DNA from: Yuukianura sp. NJ FZ-2021
Taxonomy: Eukaryota
DNA: 64,000 nucleotides
Direction: 5' to 3'
Assembly: GCA_046563655.1 (NCBI GenBank)
Contig: CM102288.1
Location: forward strand, 4,340,001-4,404,000
In this document: piece by piece, positions 14,083 through 27,175 of the stretch
Position numbering within the stretch: position 1 is the stretch's first letter
How the letters are laid out: each line of letters opens with the position of its first letter
Translations under genes and position numbers: made by a program
The notes under the pieces: generated by a model
Seen by the model: only the letters and a program-made list of their open reading frames with translations
Told to the model about the DNA's origin: nothing
The model's database searches: none

Positions 14083-16709
14083 ATGTCTAAATTCAGAGCA
14101 GAAAGGAATGTAGAGCCACGTCAAATTGCAAACAGACGTAGAGTTAGCGTGTCCCCAAACCAGGCAGGACTCAAAAGCGATGAGAAAAGACGCAAAAGTC
14201 GCTCACCCCGGACATCACTAAACCGGAAACCAGTAGGAATAACTCAATTCCAAAGAAATGCTGAACCGCATGCGCAAGGAGAACGACGACAACGGGCCAC
14301 CAGCCTTCCAAATGAAAAACTTCGTCGAAAATCGGTAAATGCTGGTGGCGGGCATCTAGTTAACCACAAAGTACAAAAACCTCCGGAGAGGACGGCGAAT
14401 GCTGGCCAAGCTCATCCCGTTGACCAGAAGTCACCAACAACGCCAGAGCGTGGGAAAGTTATGAATGTCGCCAGAGGACACAGTGTTGGACATATTAAAA
14501 ATGTCGCCCCGAGTCCTGCTCATACGCCTGCGTCGTCCAGAAAACGCAAAGGAAGCGCTGATGTGTTTTATGACAAAATTCAAAAAATTCCGGAATTGAG
14601 ATTCCGATTTAAGCAAACACCGTCCAAGGCCTACTTGGACGAATTGGCCAGGAAAAGAGGTTTTAAAAAAAATTCAAAAAATAATTGATTTTTCTTCAAA
14701 ATTTTGTGTTTTGTTTTTCTATTTCAGTTGCTCGACGAGAATATTATGGTCACTTGGTTTCAGAACGTTATAGAGAACATTTACGTCAACAGAAAGAACG
14801 TCAATTGAATCCAGCGGCTGGACGACGAAACAGTCCGAAGTTGGACCAGCGACGAGCAACCCACGATGACGTCGAACCAATTCTGCGACATGCTTCCGAT
14901 ACTTCGTTCAAATTTGATTTCAGTCCGAAACATCCAACCAGCCACGCTAAAGACAAAAATGTCCATGACGACAATCATCAGCGTCCTGGCAGAACTAAAT
15001 CAGATCCAGCGATTCAACGGCCCGAGAAACAAACTGCTCAAAAATCAAAACCCGCCGCCACTTTGAATTCGACTACAACCAATCAGAAACCAGTTCCAAC
15101 AAAACCAGCTACAACCCATGCTAAGAAACCAGTTCCCGCAAACATCGTTGAAACCCATGCTAAGAAACCAGTTCCCGCAAACATGGTTGAAACCCATGCT
15201 AAGAAACCAGTTCCTGTTAAGGACAAAGGTTATGCTCCAAAGGATGCTAAATCCGACAAATCCGGCCATTTGCCAACCCCCCACGACATAGAAAATTCTA
15301 AGAGGCGCATGTCACACTTTTCTCAAGTTTCTAATCCAGAGACAGTGGACAGCATAGCGACGTCTCATTCTGGAGGTTCCAAACATCATGCGCATGATGC
15401 CCGTAAAGGTGCAACTCAGCATCCACATAATCGCAAAGATCATTGGAAACATGCCAGCACTGTTATGCCGCTCATGCGCTTTAAAAAAAAGGAAGTCACT
15501 CCGGACGAATTGCTCAACCGACTGACTCCGCTGGCTTCACGTCAAGAGCAAAACGAATCTGAGCAAAAAGTAGTGAGCCTAAAGACTGATGACGGCAAAG
15601 ACTCGAACCAACGTCGTCATGCGCATATTACCGACGCCAGTCCTGATGTGACTCCCACCAGTTCCATGCATGTGAAAAATCTAGTCGGTCCTGGAGGGAT
15701 GAAGAGCGGCGCAGAAGATGCACTTTACTACAAAAAGATCTACTCACATCGAAGAAGTATGCGACTGGCCAAAATCAATGACAAATTGGAAGCTAAAAAA
15801 CTGAAGGCTCAGCAAGAAACGGATGAATCAGTGAGAAGTTCAGTGGCCCACCACAGTGAATCAGCCCATTCAGTACCAAGTTTGGCAGCTGAAAAAGCAG
15901 TGGACAGCGGGCATAAGCGAGCACATAGTGCAACTTCAATTGGAACAGCCAGTGTAGCAGCTACGGAGAAACACTTCTCTTTTTGGAAGAAACAAAGTGT
16001 CCAGACAAATAGTCAAGGTCAGGACAAGGTCAAAGGCCAGCACACTGAGAAGCAATCTGAACTTGAGGTTGAAGAAGGTCACTCAAACCCAAAAGTTCAA
16101 CTAAATGCAGAAGATTTACTTCAAGGTCTTAGTCATAAGGATCCAAGTCACTCCGCACCACCAACACGAAGTGAATTGAAAAATGTCGCTGAAAAGAAAA
16201 GTCTCACTCCATTTGCTCGTCTGTCTCAAAAAATTTCCAACTTGTTTAGCAAAAACGACGACAAAGAATTAGGAAATGTTGACGCCAAAGATTCCGGCAA
16301 AAACGACGTCAAAGAATCAGACAAAATTGACGTCAAAGAATCACAATCTGGCAAATTTGACGTCATAGAATCTGGAAAAGTCAATGTCATAGAGAAAGAA
16401 TCCGGCAAAGTTAATGTCAAAGAATCTGGCAAAATTGACGGCAAAGAATCTGGCAAAATTGACGTCAAAGAATCTGACAAAATTGACGGCAAAGAATCTG
16501 GCAAAATTGACGGCAAAGAATCTGGCAAAATTGACGTCAAAGAATCTAGTAACATTGACGGCAAAGAATCTGGCAAATTTGACGTTAAGGAATCTGGTAA
16601 AATTGACGGCAAAGGCGCCATTGCAAATGACGCCAAAAGTAGCGGGAAAAATAACCCCGATCTTAAGATTATATTTCGTCAGAAAAAGTTGAAGCCTGGT
16701 TTTAAATGA
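14083..16709 (+). CDS. Uncharacterised basic, low-complexity protein of about 850 aa with internal tandem repeats (2 exons, intron about 14660-14728)
   Basis: Two long open frames joined by a GT-AG intron; no recognisable domain. Confidence 0.7.
15113..15215 (+). repeat. 39-bp coding tandem repeat (THAKKPVPANxVE, about 2.6 copies)
   Basis: ACCCATGCTAAGAAACCAGTTCC recurs three times at 39-bp spacing. Confidence 0.9.
16275..16645 (+). repeat. 24-bp coding minisatellite (KIDG/VKESG, about 14-15 copies)
   Basis: Unit GGCAAAATTGACGGCAAAGAATCT with variants. Confidence 0.95.
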
Positions 16710-16899
16710 TTTTTTTTCTCAAATATCATCTTCTCTTAAAAATTTCAGTACTTTTAATAAAAATGACGCATCTCGTACTTAAACCTTCAGATTTGCTAAA
16801 ATGGCTGGGAAAACTGAACTTTCAGGCTTATGTTTTAATCATTGGAGAATTTAGTATTTTTAACTTGCAAATTGAAATACTACGAAAAATTGTTTAAAA

Positions 16900-19569
16900 T
16901 CATTGGTTTTGCTTTTGATCATCCTGTATGTTTATGACTTGTTTTGAAGTTTTCGTGACATCTACGGCGTCAGTTTTGCGTTTTCCTCCACTTCCACTTC
17001 CAGTTGTAGAATCAAGATCTGGACTGTCTGAACTCTGTGTCGAAAGACGTGACATTGCAGATTGCCTTGAGCTGAAACGACGAGATAGACCGTCTTTCCT
17101 CAGACGCATGCGCTCTGCTAGCATGAAACGCAAATCTGCTTCCGGAATCGGTCGCACCATCAACCGTTCGTCATCGTCATCTTCGTTACTAAAAGAAATG
17201 TTTTGCCATAATAAGTTTTAGCCACTAAAGTTAGCTTAGTGACACCAGAGGGGTGTAAATCCGTGACCACTTTCTTGAAATCCGGATTTCGGATTTTGAC
17301 AAACTTTGATTAGAAATCCGGATTTAACTCCGGATTTCAATATACATAGACTTTCCCGAAGAAGTTTTTCAAAATCAAGAACAATGTTGGTTGTAAACTG
17401 AAAGTGCAAGAACAATTTGATTCCGTTTTTTTTAAGTCCGGATTTGGCAGAACCCAAATCCGTCAAAAATCCGGAACGGGAATCCGGATTTACACCCCTG
17501 GACGTGACATAACCTTGGTAAGGCTAACTTACTCTTCCAGGAGACTTGACACAATGACATTGGGTAAGAAGGGCCCTCCAGAATGTTGACCCTTAAGTGC
17601 CCCTGGTTCCCCAACAGGTCGTTGTTCCTTTGCTCCAGGGATTTCGTAATTCCTTCTTGTTTCAAAATGATTCTTTTGATGAACCAATTCTTGAACGCGG
17701 GATTCAATCAACTTCATACAAAATATGGCGTTATGGGGTTTGATCCCGTCCAAGTTTCCTGAAATTGCAATTTTCAAAAACTCAAAACTTGAAATATTTC
17801 AAAATTGAAGCGAGTCTTGTAATCCATTTGTAAGTTGTGTTTACCTAGAAAAATTGTTAGCGATTTGTACGAACACCCAACGGTTGTGTACAAAGTTTCC
17901 AAATGCTGGATGATTTCTTTCATCGTTCCTTCCGTTTCGGTCAGAATTGATTTCAGTCCGTCCAAGTCCAACTGAGAAGCGGCTTTCTGTTTTTCACCGT
18001 CGGCCAACGCTGCTTTCTGATCACGGTCGCGCTGATTGGCCTCTTCATACTGACGCTCAATTTCCTTCGACAGCTCCACAGTCTCATCACGCAAGGCAAC
18101 AATCTTATGAAAGAAAAAATCAGAACGGAATTTAAGAAACGATTTTCTAAATGGACTTGACGATTTTTTGAAATCGATTTGACAATTTTTTTAAAATCGG
18201 TTTTGCGATTTTTTTTTGAAAACTCACCTCGTGATTCAAGTCACAGTTGGATCGAAAAATGGCAAAGTTTTGTTGCATTTTTTCGTCGTAGCTTTTGATG
18301 AGTCCTTCCATAGAAGAAAAGCTAGATTTAGCTAAAATCCTACGAAAACTGTTAGCGTAAACTGCCAATTGTCGATTCAGCATATTCAGTTTGTTTTGAT
18401 TTTTGCGACGTTGACGCTGCTTTTCAGTTTCGTCAATGTTTCTAGCACAGAGTTTCTTTTGTAGAAATCCACGAATGAGAGCATCATGGTGAATGATACG
18501 ATTGAATTCCTAGAAAGCAAAAACGGACCAATCAGAATTCAAGGAATAACGACGCGGCGGGAAAATAGACGTGAATGACAATTCACGTCGCGAGACGCCA
18601 AAAAGTTTCCAAACCTTCATTTCCAGAACGTGTTGTCGATTGTCCTTGTCATTTTTTTCACGAATTGCGCGAATTGATGTTACCAATTCATCACGATGAT
18701 CGTAGGCCTGTGTAGCCAAAAACACGACTTCGCCCATGCGAATACGAACGTCCTGCAATTGCCGCTTGAGACTTATGTGCCGCTTGTAAAACAAACCGCG
18801 CAGCTTCAAACTCAAGTTGATTTCGTCCCGTCGAATGAGCTTGTTTTCATGGATTTTGATGCAGTATCTTGTGGTGTACTACAGCAAAGGCATAAAAAAC
18901 AGTAAAGGTCAAAGGTCAACTTTTTTAAAATTGGTTTTTTACATAGTATAGTCGATTTTCGAGTATTCGACGCCTCTTGTCCATTTGTCCCGGTGTTTTG
19001 GCCTTGCCATAAATTGCTAGTACTTTGAGCTTGTGGTCGACCAAGTACTTGACAATTCGATCAACATTCATGGACAGTTCCCGGATATTTTTTAAACAAA
19101 ACTCTTGTTCTTCATGCGCTTTGTCATAGCCTTCCAGAATGTCCAAAATGGTTCGACGCGTCATACCGTCTGCGACTTTATTCCGAACACATTCAACATT
19201 CCACAGGTCTGTCTTGATGTCGACGACTTCGGCGTAGAGTAGGTCCAGCAGACGAGCTTGTTTGGACAATGCATTCCCTTTGGCCGCCACGGAATGCCTC
19301 TCTGTGACATAGAATAGTTAAGTTAAACACAATTAACCTAACTTTAGCCTGATTAACCTAACGAACATACCGTCTTCCATGACACGATACTGACGAAGAA
19401 GTCGTTGATACTCATTTTTGACCAGTTTGTCGAAGTCGATCATGTAAGTGTCTCCTTCTTCCAAGTTGTTGATGTTCGGCTGTGCCTTTTTGGCTGGAGC
19501 CTTCTTGTCAGCATCTTTTGGTTTCTTGGCAGCAGCCTTCTTGTCGCCATCTTTAGTTGTCTTGCCCAT
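16900..19569 (-). CDS. ODAD1: Outer dynein arm docking complex coiled-coil protein (ODAD1/CCDC114-CCDC63 family), multi-exon
   Basis: LLRQYRVME, RILENRL, ATQAYDHRDE...IREKNDKD, QNFAIFR..DLNHE match the family; the CCDC63 versus CCDC114 assignment is uncertain. Confidence 0.75.
17245..17501. mobile_element. MITE, hAT-like, inside the last ODAD1 intron
   Basis: Terminal inverted repeats CCAG(AG)GGGTGTAAATCCG / CGGATTTACACCCCTGG, repeated subterminal TCCGGA(TT) motifs, degenerate 8-bp flanks TAGTGACA / ACGTGACA. Confidence 0.75.
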
Positions 19570-20169
19570 GTATGCAAACTGGAAATGGTCACGTGAGTGG
19601 GAAATTCAAACTGAACTGCCCAAGCTTAAACTTATAAACGAACGCGGGAAATTATTCTAAAATTAAAAAATGGCACGATTTTTAATCGTTTGCCTACTTG
19701 CTAATGATGAAACTCGAAATTTTCAGGTAAAAACAATTTTTAGATGTAAACTCCATATAACAATGTTTTCGTTAAAAGTTTCTAACAACAACGAAAAGGT
19801 TTCGTTACGGTAAGAAAAAAATTACGACGGTAGTGTCCGAAGAAGTTCAACAACGCAGCGCTGCATCAAAAAACCAAATGCAAGAGCGGGAAAAAGTTTT
19901 TGAATTTCACAGCTGATTTTGCTGAGACCAAACAAACTGTCATTTTCATTTCCAATTCCATTTCATTTCTTCATTTGACTTTAAAATTAAAACAACCAAT
20001 TACTAAATTGTGTTGTACTGATTAATTAGAACATAATCAGTTCTACAAGTTTAGGTGACACCATTGAGACATGGTATTTGGATCAATCAATGTTTAGATA
20101 GGAGTTGAGTTGACGAGGTCAGCTGTCATTGTCAACTAAGATCTAAGGAACTTGATTTCTGAAACCAAC

Positions 20170-20967
20170 ATGGGTGACACCGACAATCCCATCGTTCTGG
20201 ATTACGGAGACTACCTAATTCGAGCCTCGGAGATGGACATCCTCAAAGGATCTCGATGGCTCAACGATGTCATCATTGGATTCTACATTGAGTATCTCAG
20301 TCGGGAGGTTCTTCCAGAAGAGACTACAAAAATCAAGCTCGTCGGTCCAGAAATGACTCAGCTACTCAAACTGTGTAGCATTGATGACCTTTCCAACATC
20401 TTGGGAGATTTGGCCCGCCATGACTTTGTTTTCTTTCCTGTCAACAACGCTGACGATCCTGAACAAGTCGGCATTGCCGGATCTCATTGGTAATTGCTAA
20501 CACTAATTTTAACTTGTCGAATTTTGTCATAATTCTGTTAATTGCATGTGCTAGGTCACTTCTGGTCTACTCACGAACTGAAAAAGTAATGGCTCACTAC
20601 GACTCTTCCTACGGCATCAACAACAGCTCAGCTGAAACGCTCGCTCGTCATGTCTCCAATGCAATTACACCAAGTAAGATTTATCAATTTAAATGATAAA
20701 ATGTCACTTAACCTTTCGTTTTATGGACGTAACACATTGTTTCCAGAACCACTTTACTCCAGTCGAGGTTGTACTGCTCAAACAAATGGCTACGACTGTG
20801 GACTGCATGTTCTCGCCAACATTGAGAAAATCGCTGAGTACGTTCTCAAATCCAAAGCTCTCAATGGTGTTCACACGGCGAAACCAGATGCGGCCAGTAA
20901 CCTTCGTCGTAAGATCATCGACCTCATCACTGAGAAAGCCAAGTCACCTAAATCTAAAGACTTCTAA
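20170..20967 (+). CDS. SENP8: Sentrin-specific protease 8 / NEDD8 protease DEN1 (3 exons)
   Basis: VLDYGDYLIR, WLNDVIIGFYIEYL, FFPVNN, GSHW|SLLVYSR, HYDS, QTNGYDCGLHV. Confidence 0.95.
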
Positions 20968-21356
20968 AACACATGACGAGAACCTATCCAAATTCCAAAG
21001 CCACCATGTTCTAAATCCTACCAAATTCTAAATTTTTCGCAAATAAAAAGTACAAACAACTAACTTCTAATTTCGCGGTAAGTTTAATAGTATTGCAAAC
21101 AACAAACGTCTAACGAACCGTGGAAAACAATTTTAACAAGTTTATACTTATTCAATTGACGTATCTTGTGTAGTTCATACTCAAATGTTTAGTAATATTT
21201 CCCCAACCTGTGCTAATCAACAGGAAGGAACCTCCATTCCAACTAAAACGACGTTTGAACACCACCGCTGCTGGTGTCGTGCTTGACGTTACGTGGAAGC
21301 GACATGATTTTTCATTTCCTTTGTTAGGAGCAGCTCTGGTCGAGTTAACAAAATTA

Positions 21357-23846
21357 TCAAATTAGTCTTGGTTTTGGTGACTCTCCGTATGTTTGATGTC
21401 GAACTTCGTTGATAGCTTTACACCATTCGAGCGCATAACCTTCTGGATCTTCCAAGTAGTAAGTTCGATTAGGCTAAAAAGAGAAAGTATGGTTTACTTC
21501 GCAGTTTCAACATGAAGAAAAATTTGACATTTCATAACTTACCGTATGCACAAAGAAGATTCTAAAATCCTTAGGCTCTGGATTTAGAGTAACTGACCAC
21601 GGAATTTGACCTTTGACCGTCATTCGATTCGGTTCACAGTAATACAAATGTGGACCTTCTGTCAAGAGTAGCATTCTCCTCCTAGAAAACAGGCCCTAGA
21701 ATACAGAAAACCCAGAAACTTAAATCAGAAATCCAGAATTTAAATCAGAAAACCCGGAATCTAAATGAGAAAACCTAGAAACTAAATCAGAAAACTAAAA
21801 TATGCTATTCTAACCTTTCGTTTACTGACGATCCCTTGCTTGAGTATCAAGTTTCCCTGGACAATTGTATGCCATGGATTGTTCTTGGCTTGATCATTCA
21901 GTCTCTCCTTCCTTTCGTTTTCATTCGACGGAAGTAAATTCTTAGTCTTGAATGGTGTAACCTTGGGCTGCTTCTTGTCTTTCGCTTCGGTTCCAGCGTT
22001 ACTACCAGCGTCTATAAGTAAACTAGAAAGGCAAACTGAGTCTTCTTCTTCGTCGTCTTCATCCGAGTCAACTTGGTTTTGAGATTTTTGGGTTCCTGTG
22101 TGACCATCGCTCCAAGACAAGTTGGGAAAGTCTTCGTCATCTCTCAAGGCTCGCTCAGCCATTATCCTCGCATTGAATCCAGGTTCCACGGAATCTGGCA
22201 CCTAAACAACATTAACGTTAATCATATATCAATTTACAACTAATCGAGTTAGTACTTGACATTACTTCACTTCTAAGCGCTTCTCCAGCACAGGTTGTAG
22301 AAGGGAGGTAAGGTTGAATGAGCGGAGCTTCTTGCAAATGCAAATTCTCCCAGTTAAAGTCTTTGAAAAATTGATGTGATCGGATTGAAGAGTACGGCTC
22401 GGCATCAAGTGCCCCTAATCTCTCCTTGTGTTCAGGTCGCTAAATCAAAATCAATTAATTTGGTATCAACTTTAATCAATTTAAAAACATAATTCGTTTC
22501 TTTCAAAGTCTTCCTCACCAAAAGTTGTTGTACGAGATCCTTCGCATCAGAATCAAATCCCGGAGGAAACTGGTAGTCCAATTTCATGATTTTTTGAAAA
22601 ATCAAGTACTCCGTCCTTTTCAGAAAAAAAACAGCGATGTAGAGAATTGTCGAGTAATGTTGTATATTTTTTTTTAAACTTACGCTCCATGAAATGGTGG
22701 TAGGCCAGAAACGAATTGGTACAGAATACAACCTAAGGCCCACAAATCCGCCGGTGGGCCTACAATGTCGTATTTCCCTTGCAGAACTTCCGGTGACACG
22801 TATGGAGCCGAGCCAACGAAGCTGTTGCTTCTCATTCCGCGTTTTGGCGGACCTTCGTCATTTGATTTGTTGTCGTTAGCTATGTCAGTACCTGTGAAAT
22901 AATGTCACTAAAATGGGAAAACCGAACTAATACAACTGCATTTAAAACGATCGAACTCACTAGGTTCTTTGGCTTCTCCTTTTTCTTCTGGTTTCATAAG
23001 TTTTGCAGATCCAAAGTCCGTTATCAAAATGTGACCACGATGATCTAACAGGATATTTTCTGGCTTCAGCTAAAGATAAACGGACACTGAATTATGAAGA
23101 GGAAGCAATTGGTTTCAATTTTTTTAAATAGAACTTACGTCGCGATGAACTATTCGCAGTTTGTGGAGATGAGCAAGGCCTAGGATTAATTCTCCAATGT
23201 AAAAACGACAACAAGGTATATCAAATGATCCAACTTTTGTGAGGTACTTGAGTAGCTCTCCACCACGTGCGTATGTCATAACAAAGTCTATAAAAATTAA
23301 AAACCATTGTAATTTAAGTATTTTGAAATGATTCTTATAAAAACATAACCTGAAGGTACTTACACAGTCTCTCAGCATCATGGAATGTGGCGTACAGTCT
23401 AACGAAAAACGGTGCCGTCGCTGATCGGTTTGCAGACAAAATGGCCATGACATCTTTCTCTCGCTTGATTAGTTCTGTTTTGCGTTCCTTGATGATGTGT
23501 TGTTTGTTACAAACTTTAACTAAAATGAAAGGAGAAAATGACCACCAGTGATTTGCTGATTTATTCACTGAATGAGTTTTTTTGGGTATGCATGCTTACT
23601 GGCAAATTCTTCGCCGGTCTTCACTTCTTTCGCCAAGTAAACCTGATGATGATAAACAAACAGAAGCCATTAAATGCCAAAATGACTATAACTTCCAGTG
23701 TTCCAACCAATCATGCATCCGAAGCTCACCGATGAAAAACTGCCTTCTCCGATTAATTTCCCGAAACGAAAGTCCTGCGGTGACTTTTTCGCTACCGGAG
23801 GAACTTGAATAGACGTCGGAGAAGAATTGTTTCCCGATGATGCCAT
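21357..23846 (-). CDS. PDPK1: 3-phosphoinositide-dependent protein kinase 1 (multi-exon; true start may lie further upstream)
   Basis: [55 protein letters not shown]-terminal PH domain (LILKQG...[14 protein letters not shown]...[11 protein letters not shown]...ALEWCKAI). Confidence 0.96.
21700..21800. repeat. Intronic minisatellite, about 21-bp unit, about 5 copies
   Basis: TAAATCAGAAAACCCAGAAAC-like unit repeated in a PDPK1 intron. Confidence 0.75.
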
Positions 23847-24901
23847 CTTTCTTGAATTACTCGGCAAAGTCCGACTGCTCAGCTCACGGTCACTCTGGCT
23901 GACTGTTACCACCGATGCCACCGAATCTTAGTCTTCTTCAATTAGTTTAGTTGATTAGTCACTCGAGACTTCAATTGTGGACGGATCACCGGACGCTGCG
24001 CCAAGACTAAACAAATTCCAATCAGCTGAGCGTGGCAGCGTGAGCACTAGCCATAAAAGATAAAGTCGGCCTTTCTGGAAAACAAAAATGACCAATTAAT
24101 GTGATGAATCACGGATGACGAGGACGAGACGAAATAAACAAGAAAATATCGTTATTAATCTCACCTTAAGAGGATGTGAACATGAGTCATAGTAAGTTCC
24201 ATTCACACGAACAACTTGATCCTGTAATCCGACGTCCAAAGTAGCCCAAGTCCAGTTTGGGCAGTTTGACCTTTGACCTTGACAGTGGACAATCACAACA
24301 ACGACTTCATTCAGAACCAAAACAGAATGAATGAACGAGTAAAATGAATCTTCTGCGAGAGTGAAGATGAAAGTGGCTTTAGGCTCCTCCCCCTCTTTCC
24401 GAATCTGGTCCTGTCTAGACACATTTCCACGAAAACAACAAAGGTCACTGACCTCCTCCGTAGTAAACGCAGCACATTCCAACCGGATCGATACATCCAT
24501 TGGCTCCGGAAGTGGCAACTTTCACAACACCACACGCAACCACTCATTCATTGATGAAAATAACGTTAGTAATGCCATCCTAACGTTATTTCCTCTAATC
24601 ATTTTACACTAGCATTTATTCGAAATCGAAAGCAATAAACACTATTGAAAATGAACTTTACAAAAGTAATGAAATACAATTTTGATTTTCATAAACTTTA
24701 CAATGCTGTTGATAAATTACTTAAATTGTGAGTTTTTAGAAAATAGTAGTAAAATAGGAACAGGACAAGAAAGATTTGATTTTGACAAGAAATTTTGCAG
24801 CATTTTCGAATTCACATTGATTCAGACTGGAGTAACTAAAAACTAATTAAGTTCCAACGTAAGTTTAATTAAGCTTTTTGTATTGGACGTTAAGACTGAT
24901 G

Positions 24902-27175
24902 TTATATGTGAAAATATTCCTGGACACGAGATTGCTGGGAGTTGATGTAAATTCCAAAGTAAAATCCCAACGAAATTATAAATCCACCGAGTAGAATCCA
25001 ATGCGATTGACAAACAAATCTGAACCAATAATAATGTTTTAACTAATTTTGTTTACCTGAAAATTATTATAATATAATAATTTTTTAACCTTTGAACGAT
25101 GACCTTGACCTTTTGGGCATAGATTTTGTATTCTGGCAGAGGAGGGCTGCTCTGTGAGGCTGCTGACCTTCGTCTGGGCGGTGGTTTACCCCACGGGGTC
25201 TTGGCGTCTCCCAGTTCCATTCCTTTTTCAACGTCTTCGCCATCTGAACTAACTCCGCCGTCCTATTAATTATAACAATTAATTATTTTATAATTAAAAT
25301 CTATTAAAAATTATCCCTGATGCAACAATAAGAAATATTGAGGTTGAGGACTTGCCTCATCTTCGTCGTGCTCTATTTTTGGAGCTGCCTGACCTTTTAA
25401 AGCCGCTGATTCGAAAAATAGTCTTAAGAATTGAGCTAAAGATTAAAAATTGAAGTTAAATTTTAGAAACAAATTTAAAAAAAAACATATTAAACATCTT
25501 GATATGTAAAAAATGTTTTCACCAAGGAGTGAAAGCGAAATGAAGGACAGTGAAATATTGAGATACTGTCCAGCAGCAGTTCCACACATGTTCACATTTT
25601 CCAAAACTGCCAAGTAAATGCTGAACGCACCCAACTGCAATAGTTGCGAAAATAAAATTAACTAATTTAATCATAATCTTAACTAACAAAAATTCTTCAA
25701 AAACTTACATTTACTAAATTCACCAAAATTGGAATTTTGGCTGTTTCGAAATTCACCCAAAGTGTGGCCAGCGAAATCAGAGTAAAAATTGTGAATGGTA
25801 AAAATACGGAAAAGTAGAGCTTGTTCCACATTCCTTCGAAATGGAGTTTCAGAATAAGCGAAACTGAATTTCCTGTTTCAAAAAATCACTTAAAATTAGT
25901 TTCAAAAAACATTTTTTCAACTTTTTTTTAAATTCCAGCTTGTAACCATTTTTGTGCTTAGTAGTTGCAGTTTGTGCATCAAAAGAAATGAATTTGAATC
26001 TTCCTGTTTGAAGAGGTCCATTACTTCCACTGCCAATTACTAATTCCTCGGTCATCCAAACATAAATAATGTCTCTACTGTCGTATGCATCTTTCCATAA
26101 AAATAATTTAATATGCTATAAAAATTAATTAGTAAAAATTATAATCAAATTATGAGCCAATGTCTTACTACTCTTGAAAATGATGGAACAAGTTTGTGTG
26201 TCAAACGGATAATAAGAGTAATTCAGTTCACAATCAAACGTCAACATAAACCTAAAATTCAGAAAAGTTATAAAAATATGTATAAACATAAAAGTTAGCA
26301 AGTTAAATTTTGACAAAAATTTCTCCAACAAATAGTTTGTTTTTATGTGTTTCTTACTTGACTGAAAGTGAAATTGAACCATCAAAATTTAGAAAAGTGG
26401 ATTCATGACCTTCGACCTTGTCAAGGTTGCGTTGATTTGAAATTACGGTGTCCGGGATCCACAAGTATTTAGTTTGTTCTGGTCCTAACTGTGTTAGTAT
26501 TTTAAATGTCACAATTATAAATAAAACTTAACTAATTTTTAGCTAAACTAATTCAAATATAATTTGACCTGAATTGTATCATTTGGAACCACGCCAGCAG
26601 GAAAGGTCAACCTTGGTTCGAGCCAAGTTTGTCTGAAGGTCATACGCACCGAGGCTCCCTTAGGACAGAATTTGTATAATATAGGCATATAAATTAATTA
26701 AATTGTATTGAAAACTAAAGTGTAATTAAAATATTTCAATTTACGGAATTGGTTTCATCAATACCCAGGAAGGAGTCCAACCTAAAACTGACTCTCACAA
26801 ACAGAGCGTTTTCTATTTAAAAGAAAAAACAGAATAAAATGTCACTAATAATAATTTTTAATAATTTATTTTAAAAACATATTTTGAAAACACATTTTAT
26901 TTAAATGATACATTTATAAAATGAATCAGAAAAAATTAGTCTACCTCCGAGCAATGGTCTTAGCCTCTTGTCATACGGTTTCTTCAAGAGGTCATTCAGA
27001 ACCCGTGTCACATTCTCAGACAAACTGAAATCATTGGATTCGTTTCAATGTAAATGTCTAACAATTACAATAATTCCAAAATACAAATTTTAACTTACGG
27101 ACTGCACAGACTTTCTGGAACACTAAAAACTAAAATTACAAATGCAAACAGTACAAACTTTCCTAAACCATTCAT
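24902..27175 (-). CDS. Second, highly divergent Cys-loop ligand-gated ion channel subunit (many small exons, one GC-AG intron)
   Basis: Signal peptide MNGLGKFVLFAFVILVF, YDKRLRP, FRQTWLEPRL, LWIPDT, Cys loop CELNYSYYPFDTQTC, M1-M3 and M4 HWILLGGFIISLGFYFGIY. Confidence 0.8.

Noticed and set aside
16226..16692. Antisense and alternate-frame repeat ORFs (SILPDSL, AKNLAKLT)
   Set aside because: Shadows of the 24-bp coding minisatellite
19690..19800. X-box upstream of ODAD1
   Set aside because: Only partial half-site matches such as GTTTCTAACAAC; not convincing
22790..23010. PDPK1 activation-loop insert and SFVGSAPY instead of SFVGTAQY
   Set aside because: Catalytic motifs and the phospho-Ser are intact, and inserts here occur in other invertebrate PDK1s; minor divergence
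24096..24612. Overlapping ORFs of 78-140 aa upstream of PDPK1
   Set aside because: No recognisable domain; more likely PDPK1 5' UTR or promoter sequence
25022..25089. CAG|GTAAAC inside a short intron as a recursive splice site
   Set aside because: It would leave two pieces of about 33 nt, below plausible intron size
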